Source: Candidatus Micrarchaeota archaeon
GTDB taxonomy: Archaea; Micrarchaeota; Micrarchaeia; Anstonellales; Bilamarchaeaceae
NCBI GenBank assembly: GCA_038046765.1
Contig: JBBSVN010000005.1
Span: 1 to 64,000 of the forward strand
Direction of reading: 5' to 3'
DNA: 64,000 nt
The stretch's first letter is position 1. Each line of letters opens with the position of its first letter. Below are positions 50,593 through 58,969 of the stretch, piece after piece. The notes below the pieces were generated by a model that did not search any database, was not told the origin of the DNA, and saw only the letters and a list, made by a program, of their open reading frames with translations. The translations under genes were made by a program, and so were the position numbers.

Positions 50593-51177
50593 ATGTTATC
50601 TAAGAAAGAAATTATTTATCGTTATCTGCTTGATCAGTACTTTGAGAAAAAACAGTTTAAGTTTACTCAAAGTGAACTAGCTAAATTTTTTCATATTTCC
50701 TTAAGCACAGTAAATAATGCACTTAAGCCATTACGTGCTATGGGAGCAGTAGAAGTTAAATCAAGAAGTTTCAACATGTTGGACTCTAAGAAATTGATTT
50801 TGTACTCTGCAACAATAAGAAAATTTGAAAAAGACATAATCTATTCAACAAGGTATGAAAATTCAGTTTCAGAAATGGAAAAGCTAATGCCTTCTGGTGC
50901 TGTTTTTACTGCTTATAGTGCTTATAGATTCGCATACAAAGATGCTCCTTCGGATTACAGTGAAATTTATGTCTATCTTTCCAAAGAAGAATTAATAGAA
51001 ATAAAAGAACGTTTTCCACCTAAAACTGGGTCTCCAAATTTATTTGTTTTAGAAAAAGATTCTTTTATTAGGAAAAACAAAGTTTCATCTTCCCAAATTT
51101 TCGTAGATTTGTGGAACATTAGAACCTGGTATGCTAAAGAGTATTTAGATGCAGTTGAAAAAAGGTTATTTTTATGA
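50593..51177 (+). CDS. wHTH protein, AbiEi-like putative antitoxin
   Basis: FTQSELAK...SLSTVN HTH; TAYSAY, YVY, QIFVDLW; overlaps a nucleotidyltransferase. Confidence 0.6.
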   Translation: MLSKKEIIYRYLLDQYFEKKQFKFTQSELAKFFHISLSTVNNALKPLRAMGAVEVKSRSFNMLDSKKLILYSATIRKFEKDIIYSTRYENSVSEMEKLMPSGAVFTAYSAYRFAYKDAPSDYSEIYVYLSKEELIEIKERFPPKTGSPNLFVLEKDSFIRKNKVSSSQIFVDLWNIRTWYAKEYLDAVEKRLFL

Positions 51178-51803
51178 TCGAGAGAAAAATTAAGGAATTT
51201 TGGAGTGAAGAAGTTACAAGTGCAAGCTGGATAAGGCTGCTTGAGTTATCTAAAAAATACGATTTTATTCTTATTGGTGGATGGTCTGCTTATATGTGGA
51301 CAAAAACTCATAAGTCCAAAGATATTGATATCGTAGTTAATTATCTGAGCCTGGAAGTGTTAAAAGCAGACTTTTCATTAATAAAAAATGAACGGTTGGC
51401 AAAATACGAGATCAAACAAGATAATTTTGACATTGATGTTTATGTTTCTCATTATTCTAAACTTGCATTACCTGTTGAAATCTTAGAAAAACATACTGCA
51501 AAAGTGGAAGGTATAACTACCGTTACACCAGAAATTCTGGTTATCTTAAAGCAGGGTGCAGAGATTGATCGAAGGGGAAGTATAAAAGGAAAGAAGGATC
51601 AAATCGATTTGCTTACTTTGCTTATTTACTCGCCCTTTGATTTTAAAAAATACCTAAATCTAATTGGGGAGTTTAAGATGCAAAACTACAAAGATGAGCT
51701 TGTAAGAGTAGTTAAAGAATTTAACGAAAAAGATATTTCTTACCTTAGTTTTGATCATCAGGAATTTATAAAGTGGAAAAAAGAGTTTTCTAAAAAACTC
51801 TAA
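51174..51803 (+). CDS. Nucleotidyltransferase (AbiEii-like), putative toxin
   Basis: LIGGWS...SKDIDI, IDVY, LK...R...K..KD..D motifs. Confidence 0.65.
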   Translation: MIERKIKEFWSEEVTSASWIRLLELSKKYDFILIGGWSAYMWTKTHKSKDIDIVVNYLSLEVLKADFSLIKNERLAKYEIKQDNFDIDVYVSHYSKLALPVEILEKHTAKVEGITTVTPEILVILKQGAEIDRRGSIKGKKDQIDLLTLLIYSPFDFKKYLNLIGEFKMQNYKDELVRVVKEFNEKDISYLSFDHQEFIKWKKEFSKKL

Positions 51804-51804
51804 T

Positions 51805-52491
51805 TTATCCCATCAATTCATTTAATATTTCATAAGCTATCTTTGTATCTGCCTGCTTTATTACAAAATTCGTATCTGTATAGCATGAAACAAATTCAAC
51901 AACGTTTATTCCTTCGCTAGCTAATGATTGGAGAATATGTGCAATAACGCCTGGTGTTTCTTCAAGTTCGACTGGGCTGTGCACTGAAACCAGATTTAAA
52001 TTTATTTCGCTGGTTACGATGTTTCGTTTTGAATTTCTATCTATCTTTTCAAATTCTTTCTCATCTATAATGTACGTGATTGTTCCTTTACTCTCCGCGT
52101 AAGAATAATACTTTAGTTTTTCTATTTCTTTAGTTGAAATTACAACTGCAACTTTGCTTCTTATTGTTAAAGAACTTCTTTTTAGTACGTTTAATATTTT
52201 ACCTTCCAAATCTTCTTCTTTTTCTGCATTTTTTTGCGTTAAACGTACAAGTGCCATTTTTATTGCATTCACAAATTGTAAGTTTGATTTCTCATTTTGT
52301 GAAGTTTTGACCGAACCACGGTCAAACTGATTTTCCTTTTTGTTCATTCCAAGTTCAATTGATATTTTTCTAGCTAGGGATGAATAGTTTACTATCCCTT
52401 CACGTATGAGTTCTTTTAGGAACGGTCTTCGTTTAATGTAAAGTCGAACTAGTTCGCTTATTTTTTCGCTAGATTTTGCAGGTTCTTTCAT
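51805..52491 (-). CDS. ACT-domain regulator-like protein
   Basis: GIVNYSSLAR N-domain; TPGVIA...LASEGINVVEFVSCYTD ACT domain. Confidence 0.8.
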   Translation of the reverse strand: MKEPAKSSEKISELVRLYIKRRPFLKELIREGIVNYSSLARKISIELGMNKKENQFDRGSVKTSQNEKSNLQFVNAIKMALVRLTQKNAEKEEDLEGKILNVLKRSSLTIRSKVAVVISTKEIEKLKYYSYAESKGTITYIIDEKEFEKIDRNSKRNIVTSEINLNLVSVHSPVELEETPGVIAHILQSLASEGINVVEFVSCYTDTNFVIKQADTKIAYEILNELMG

Positions 52492-52573
52492 GTTACAAAT
52501 AGAACAGTAGTGTATTAAAATATAACAGTTGTTACGAAAAGTTTAAATGTGCGTTTTTGTGCATTAGTAGCTG

Positions 52574-53827
52574 GTGATATTTGTGTCAGTAGTAAATTTA
52601 GCAATGGAATTAGGAAAGTTAAAAATGGTAAGTAGCAAGGATCCAAAAGAACAGTTTGCAAAAAAAGCAACTTTTGCTGCGGGATTTCTAATGCTGGAGC
52701 AGTTATTTAAGTCAGCTGGTGCAGATGTTTTTTACATTGATGGGAAAGGGGATAAACACAAGCAAGTCGAAAGCGTGGAAACTCCATATAAAACAATTGT
52801 AGCAGCTAAGGGAAACCCAGAAAAGATATTTACTGGACATATTGATGTAGTTCCAGGCAATGAATCACAGTTTGAGCCAAAGCAAGAAGAGGATAAATTA
52901 ATCATGCGTGGAGCATGCGATATGCTAGCCCCTGTTGCTGCAATGGCGCATGCTTTTGAGGAAACTAAAGCTGATAATGTTTGGTTTGCACTAAGTGATA
53001 GCGAGGAAATCGGAGAAATGCCTGGCGGAATTATTACTTTCGTAAAACTTTACGAACATCTGCTAAAGCAACATGCAGAATTTGTATGCGACCCGGATGG
53101 TGGAAACGGTGAAATTGTTTTAGGACAAAAAGCAGTTAAATTAATCAAGTTAATTGCAACTGGCAAAAATGCACATGCTTCAAAACCATCTCAAGGATCT
53201 AATGCAATTCTTCTATTAGCTCAACAAATTATTTATCTAAATCAGTTTTTGAACGGTTCACCTGCTGGATTTATTGGAGTTCGTGAAGGGAGTACTAATT
53301 CTCACGATGTGGATGATGTCACCTCAACGGTTGTAACTTTTAACGGAGGAAAACAAAAAAATCAAGTTCCAGCTTATGCTCAAGCCGAAGTAGACCTTCG
53401 TTTCTGGCCCGAGCAGGAGAAAAAAATATTAGCTATCTTGTCTAATACGCATTTTGGTTCAGACATACTATCCATATTTTCTGGAATAAATGTCGAAGAA
53501 ATATTCTCAATTCCGGGTTGGATTGCCAAAGACACTAAACAAATAGAATATCTAGCTACGCTTATGCATAAATTTGGGATGCCAGTTACACAATCGTTGA
53601 GTACAGGAAATTCAGATGCTTCGCTCTTTGCAGATATTGCGCCAATATTAATGGTTCGTCCAATATCTGCCAATCAGCATGGGCCAGAGGAATGGGTGGA
53701 TACTCTTTCACTTATTGCCTTTAATCGATTAATGGGTGCGTTAATGACTGATGCTATTGCTAACAATACTTTTGTTAATACTGGGATGTATATTGTCGAT
53801 TCGTACGGTCATCATTACGGAAGATAA
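52574..53827 (+). CDS. M20 family metallopeptidase/deacylase (ArgE/DapE-like)
   Basis: GHIDVV, RGACDM, EEIG, GKNAHAS.P..G.NA, HGPEE. Confidence 0.88.
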   Translation: MIFVSVVNLAMELGKLKMVSSKDPKEQFAKKATFAAGFLMLEQLFKSAGADVFYIDGKGDKHKQVESVETPYKTIVAAKGNPEKIFTGHIDVVPGNESQFEPKQEEDKLIMRGACDMLAPVAAMAHAFEETKADNVWFALSDSEEIGEMPGGIITFVKLYEHLLKQHAEFVCDPDGGNGEIVLGQKAVKLIKLIATGKNAHASKPSQGSNAILLLAQQIIYLNQFLNGSPAGFIGVREGSTNSHDVDDVTSTVVTFNGGKQKNQVPAYAQAEVDLRFWPEQEKKILAILSNTHFGSDILSIFSGINVEEIFSIPGWIAKDTKQIEYLATLMHKFGMPVTQSLSTGNSDASLFADIAPILMVRPISANQHGPEEWVDTLSLIAFNRLMGALMTDAIANNTFVNTGMYIVDSYGHHYGR

Positions 53828-53884
53828 CTTGCAATTTGGGAGTTTGTAATAAATCTTGCTGAACTCTTAATCTAAAAAGGGGTA

Positions 53885-54529
53885 TTATTCATCCCAAACT
53901 CTAGGAATGCATCTTTCTGCTAGTATAATCAGTTGTCCTCTAGTTTCTAAGTCATCCCTTAATTCTTGCATTTCTAAATGTGAATTGTGCATTTTTACAT
54001 CTGCAATTTTAAAAAGTAACTGTGCTAATCTAAATCCTAGTTCAATATTTTCTATTAAGAAAAGCCCTAGTGCTGTGCTTAAATCATCTGGTAGATAGGG
54101 GATTGTGAGCGGAACTGAATAACCTGCAAATCTCTTTTGTCCCCTAAAATCATGATATTCAAGTTCAAATTGTGATAATTCAAAGTGATCGTTAAAAATT
54201 CGGTTTAGCGTTTCAACTATATTATCTTTACTATTACGCGCATTTATTAAAAAACTTAGTTTGGCCTTAAAGTTGAAATCTTTTTTATCTTCCATCTGAG
54301 TTAAAGATATTCCAAAAGCTCCTGCATCAATTTCACTATATGGCAATGGCCTGTTTCCGCGTTCTTCTGGCAGCACTTGAGCCATTGTTGTGTGTGCTGT
54401 AATTAATCCACCTATCATACCTGATTGTGCAAATCCAAGTCTATCTAAAACAGTTCGAAGTTCTTCATGTTTTTCGTTTGGTACTTTTAATACTCTTGAT
54501 CTAGGTAATAGAATACTTGCCTGTGACAT
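53885..54529 (-). CDS. Hypothetical protein
   Basis: 214-aa ORF with SD AGGTGA. Confidence 0.6.
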   Translation of the reverse strand: MSQASILLPRSRVLKVPNEKHEELRTVLDRLGFAQSGMIGGLITAHTTMAQVLPEERGNRPLPYSEIDAGAFGISLTQMEDKKDFNFKAKLSFLINARNSKDNIVETLNRIFNDHFELSQFELEYHDFRGQKRFAGYSVPLTIPYLPDDLSTALGLFLIENIELGFRLAQLLFKIADVKMHNSHLEMQELRDDLETRGQLIILAERCIPRVWDE

Positions 54530-54642
54530 TTAGTTTTCACCTAGTTATAAATATTATAAGAATAAGTTTATTAATGTTGTGAAAAAAGTTAAAAAAAGAA
54601 AGCTACCTGCCCAGTGCTCAATAGCCCAAGGCTCAAAGCCAA

Positions 54643-56022
54643 TCACACATTCCAGTATCTTTCCATTTCCCATGCGCTTATGCTTTTTTGGCTGTCCTTG
54701 AACTCTTGCAATTTCGAGTCTAAATAATCTCCAAGAAGTTCAGTTGGAATAACTCCCTTAATAAATTTAGGATCAGTTTCCAGTGCTTCGACTGCTTCGT
54801 ATAACGTGTTTGGCAACTTATTCCATTTCCTTTTCTTTGCCTCTTCTTCATTTTCGCTTAATGGGTCACCTGGATCTATTTTATTCTTAATTCCATCAAT
54901 TCCGGCAGCGATTATTGCTGAATAAGCCAAGTATGGATTTACTGAAGGATCGGCATTGTTAAACACAACTCGCTTTACTTCCTTTGCATTTTTCTTTGTA
55001 AATGGTGCGAGTACTAATGCCTTTCTGTTATCTTTGCTCCAGCCAACAACTTTTTTATCCATTGTCATTCTTTTATAGGAATTTGTTGTCGGGTTGGTAA
55101 ATAAACAAAGTGCTGCTGCGTGTTCTAAAATTCCGCCAATATAATATCTTCCAGCTTGGCTTAGTTGGGAATACTCATCAGTTCCATCATAAAACATGTT
55201 ACTATCTGCTGTTTTCCATAAGCTCTGGTGAATTGCAAGAGAACTTCCTTTTTCTCCTTTAACTGGGTATGGCATAAATGTTGCGCCCGCGTTAACTGCG
55301 TTAGCGAGGTTTCTTACAACAAATTTTAATGTCGAGATCGCATCCGAAGCTGTTTTCATAGTATACTCTTGTATATCTATATTTTGTTGCCCTGTTGGTG
55401 ATCTACCATGCCTGTGTCCATCAACAAAAAATCCAAATGCATCTTCCATTGTTTCAGCAATCTGGTTTCGTGCAGCGTATAAACTATCATAAGGTTGCGA
55501 TACAAATGCGCCATTTCTTACTCCAGATAATGGCGATGGGTTCCAAGAAGCTTCCCTAGTATCTACTATTGTTCCAGCTCCTCTTTCTGAGGTTGTTCTA
55601 TCTGTAGTTACTGTTTCAAAAATATAAAACTCTAAACTTGCACCTATCTTCGCGCTTTTTATTCCGATTGCGCTTAAGTTTGTCTCGACTCGTTCGCTAA
55701 CATATCTACAATCCTTGGGGTATCTCTCTGTATTGGGGTTCGTTACAACATCACATAATAATCTTATTGAACTAGGCTCCCATGGCAATCTTGCAACTGT
55801 GTTTGCATCGGGTAAAAGTGCCAGTTCCCCCTGTTCGCTTCTTCCAAAAACGTCGTACAAATCTGCGGCTGCAATTCCTTTACTAAACATTTGTTCATCA
55901 ACATCCCGGTTCGAGATTGTTGTTTTGTGCATTAATCCGTTAACATCAAAAAACTGTAAGTCGACCCATCGTATTTCGTTTGTTGCTATATACTTTAATA
56001 CTTCATCAACAGAGGTCATCAT
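54643..56022 (-). CDS. Glutamine synthetase-like protein with degenerate active site
   Basis: GSI fold motifs (VDLQF.D..G, L.PD, ATFMP.P, YYIGGILEH, NSYKR, NPYLA) but most metal ligands replaced; start moved to 56022 (SD AGGTGA). Confidence 0.85.
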   Translation of the reverse strand: MMTSVDEVLKYIATNEIRWVDLQFFDVNGLMHKTTISNRDVDEQMFSKGIAAADLYDVFGRSEQGELALLPDANTVARLPWEPSSIRLLCDVVTNPNTERYPKDCRYVSERVETNLSAIGIKSAKIGASLEFYIFETVTTDRTTSERGAGTIVDTREASWNPSPLSGVRNGAFVSQPYDSLYAARNQIAETMEDAFGFFVDGHRHGRSPTGQQNIDIQEYTMKTASDAISTLKFVVRNLANAVNAGATFMPYPVKGEKGSSLAIHQSLWKTADSNMFYDGTDEYSQLSQAGRYYIGGILEHAAALCLFTNPTTNSYKRMTMDKKVVGWSKDNRKALVLAPFTKKNAKEVKRVVFNNADPSVNPYLAYSAIIAAGIDGIKNKIDPGDPLSENEEEAKKRKWNKLPNTLYEAVEALETDPKFIKGVIPTELLGDYLDSKLQEFKDSQKSISAWEMERYWNV

Positions 56023-56083
56023 TATCACCTGATTAGTAGTGAGTGTTAGACGATTACATTGTTTAAATATGTTTGTGTCACAA

Positions 56084-56816
56084 TTATTTCCCAAACCTTC
56101 TCATTCTGTTTGCGTATTCTTTTAATGCATCATCAAAATCTGCCTTTGTAAAATCCGGCCAGAGCTTTTTAGAAAAATATAATTCACTGTAACTAGTTTG
56201 CCAAGACATTAAACCGCTTAATCTTTCTTCGCCCGAAGTTCGGATAACTAAATCTGGATGTGGCAAGCTTGCTGTGTATAAATTCTCCTCAATTATTTTT
56301 TCATCTACTTTTTTTATTCCCTTAGAAATGATCTGATTTACTGCATCAACTATCTCCTGTCGTCCACCGTAAGCTAGTAAAAGATTTAGCTGATATTCAG
56401 TATTTTGTTTGCTTAATTCTTCAGCTTTTTTTATCATTTCTTGTATCTTGACTGGAAACAAACCAAGTCTTCCAAAGAATCGCACGCGAACATTATATTT
56501 ACCCTTTTCATCGCTCATTATCGCTTTTTTAAGATTATCAGTAAATAGTTCAAAAAGAGTTGAAACTTCATTTTCATCGCGATCAAAGTTTTCTGTACTA
56601 AAGCCCCACATTGTAAGCATTTTAACTTCTGATTCTTTGCACCATTTTAAAACTTCCCCAATGTGCCCGATGCCTGTTGCGTATCCTTCTTTTATGCTTT
56701 TTTTATTTTCTTTAGCCCATCTCCGGTTTATGGCTATATAGTTTTTTATTCTATAAAGAACTAATTTTTCCATCCGGGATAATGGCTATATGTTTTGGTA
56801 CTTCTTTTTCATCCAT
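56084..56816 (-). CDS. uppS: cis-prenyltransferase (UppS family), two exons: 56816-56768 joined to 56727-56084 (230 aa)
   Basis: Exon 1 MDEKEVPKHIAIIPDG plus exon 2 NRRWAK...FSTEN..R...YGGR.EI...PDL.IRTSGE.RLS...LWPDF. Confidence 0.9.
56728..56767 (-). other. 40-nt BHB-type intron in uppS mRNA
   Basis: CCGG-ATGG-AA^A ... CCAT-AA^A-CCGG geometry; removal restores frame and the DGNRRW motif. Confidence 0.85.
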
Positions 56817-57765
56817 GTTTCTTTAACCCCCTATCTATTAATTTTAATGAATTAAAATTATCAATAAATTTGAGTATGTCTGCCTGATTTTGTATCACTA
56901 ATATACTGGCTGTTGTAATTTTTCCATTTCTTATTCCATTATCCTTGTAAATATGCGGTCTTTCAATTCCCATTTTTATTAATATTTCTAAACATTCCTC
57001 TAATATTCTTTTGTTGTGTTGCTTTATGGATATTCTTCTTACTTTGTTTTTAACTATGCTTACACTACCATCTGCATCAAAAAACCCAGCTAAAAAGTAT
57101 TTTTGTAATTCTAAGTTATTTAATATCTTCGGGACATTTGTTTTTTCCTTTTTATTTCCTGTTGGAATTTGGCAAATTTTAGTTAGAAAAAGGTGGATTA
57201 CTTTTGATCGTCCGATCAATCTGTAAAAATTATGCTCCTTAAATAAGGGCGGTTTGTAAGCAAATAACTTGATAAATATCTCTTGTAGATATTCTAAATG
57301 ATGTTTATCAATTGTTGTAATTCGAATCTCTGCGTTATACTTTGATCCATTTCCTATCGTATCATTGGGGTTAGCTAAATGTCCATCACCCATAATATAT
57401 CCTAACAAATAAGCAAGTGACGAATCAATTTGTTTAGGTAAAATGTATTTTTTTGTATTCGTTCCACCTAAATATGTTATTTTTTTGTATAATTCTAGTT
57501 CAGTAATCTGGAGTATTTCTGCTAATTTCAATAATTCCGAAATTGGTATTCCTACATCTCTTTTCGCATCCCCTAACCAGTTTATTATATTCTTGTATTT
57601 GTTGTTACTCATTTTAGCTATTTCTTTGTAAGTATTTTTTCCGAACTTAGTTTTTAAATAATTTTTTATGCTATAAGCTCGTACTTCGTCGTTTCCCTTT
57701 TCCTTAGTTATTTTAAGGTCTTGAATATAACTTCCAAGCTCTATAACTGGGTTCTTGTCCACCAT
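56809..57765 (-). CDS. Free-standing double-motif LAGLIDADG endonuclease-like protein with N-terminal HTH
   Basis: LAYLLGYIMGDG and FLAGFFDADG motifs; no intein splicing motifs seen at either end. Confidence 0.85.
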   Translation of the reverse strand: MVDKNPVIELGSYIQDLKITKEKGNDEVRAYSIKNYLKTKFGKNTYKEIAKMSNNKYKNIINWLGDAKRDVGIPISELLKLAEILQITELELYKKITYLGGTNTKKYILPKQIDSSLAYLLGYIMGDGHLANPNDTIGNGSKYNAEIRITTIDKHHLEYLQEIFIKLFAYKPPLFKEHNFYRLIGRSKVIHLFLTKICQIPTGNKKEKTNVPKILNNLELQKYFLAGFFDADGSVSIVKNKVRRISIKQHNKRILEECLEILIKMGIERPHIYKDNGIRNGKITTASILVIQNQADILKFIDNFNSLKLIDRGLKKHG

Positions 57766-57793
57766 ATCAATCAAATAGAATTAGAAACTACGT

Positions 57794-58834
57794 TTAATAA
57801 ATAATTTTGCTAAGCATGTCCTTCTCTTTCGCAAGTTTTAATTCCATTGCCATTCTTTTACCCATACTCATTGGTTCATTATAATAATAAGTTGAATATG
57901 GTGAACCATCAACATAAACATTTGTTCCAGCTACTATTCTAGCTGATACTTCAAATGCATAAATGTCCAAGTCCTCGGTAATCATTGTTTCAATACAATA
58001 CGGGCCATATAATCCGTTAAATAAATCAAAGGAAGAATCGCTTATTCTTTTTCCCATTTCCATATAATCGCTAAGAAGGGATTCTCTTAAAACTAATGGC
58101 TCGTTTCCAATTACTGTAAATGCCATGTCGCTTTTTACTCCTGCGCTTACTGCACGAGCGATTTCATCAGCACTACTTTCAACTCGTCTATCTACACCTA
58201 AAATTTCTATCCTCCCGTTTTTTGTTTTATATCCGTAATTAGAAAATGGTGAAAAGAAATAATGCGGGTAAGCGCGTACTCCAACTAAAAATTCTTGGAT
58301 CATACATTCTTTATCTCCTACGCGTTTTTCAAATTCTTTGTAAGAATTTACTATGATGTATCCGCGTCCGCCTTTAGCTCCAGGGAATTTTACAAAAGCA
58401 GGTCCGTCTATTTCCTCCGGCTTATATACTTTTGGAGTTTTTAGTTTTGCTTTTTTTAGCCATTCGAACATTTTGTCCCGTGAACTTTCCCACTCGATAC
58501 TTTTCCGGTTTCCGTAAATCGGAACTTTTATATCTGAAAATTTTCCCTGTGTGTATTCAATCAGGCTTCCATGTGGTATTAATATTGCTTCATTTGCAAC
58601 TAGTTCGTCTTCGGGGATATTTGCGTAATCATCACAAACTATAAATTCGTCCGGTCGTCCTAGGGGAAATGATTCGTAAAGCTCTTTCTTATCTTTTTTT
58701 ACAATTCCAATTGTCTTTATTCCTAAGGCTCGCGCCCCTTTAAATATCTGAAGTGAAGAATGAGAACAAATTGTCGCTATTTTAAAATTCTTATACTCAG
58801 AAAGTATTTTATCAATTTCTCTTTTTGTTACCAT
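57794..58834 (-). CDS. purP: Formate-dependent FAICAR synthetase (PurP family ATP-grasp)
   Basis: SHSSLQI, IPHGS, GAKGGRGY, FEVSARIVAGTN, MSMGKR.A.E. Confidence 0.93.
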   Translation of the reverse strand: MVTKREIDKILSEYKNFKIATICSHSSLQIFKGARALGIKTIGIVKKDKKELYESFPLGRPDEFIVCDDYANIPEDELVANEAILIPHGSLIEYTQGKFSDIKVPIYGNRKSIEWESSRDKMFEWLKKAKLKTPKVYKPEEIDGPAFVKFPGAKGGRGYIIVNSYKEFEKRVGDKECMIQEFLVGVRAYPHYFFSPFSNYGYKTKNGRIEILGVDRRVESSADEIARAVSAGVKSDMAFTVIGNEPLVLRESLLSDYMEMGKRISDSSFDLFNGLYGPYCIETMITEDLDIYAFEVSARIVAGTNVYVDGSPYSTYYYNEPMSMGKRMAMELKLAKEKDMLSKIIY

Positions 58835-58969
58835 ATATTATATCATCTTTATCTGTTTAAAAAGGTTGTTATTGTAAATATTTTATCTCTATTCTATTAG
58901 TTTTTGCTAAATTTTACTCTTTTAAACAAAAGTGATAAGTATTTAAAATATATGGAGGTAAATAACTTT

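Noticed and set aside
56084..56773. ORF-track 229-aa UppS starting MEKLVLYRIKNYIAINRRW
   Set aside because: It lacks the catalytic Asp-Gly; its N-terminus is translated intron sequence. The spliced model from 56816 fits better.
56809..57774. LAGLIDADG ORF as an intein or group I intron
   Set aside because: No intein N- or C-terminal motifs, no host-gene fusion, and no room for a group I core.
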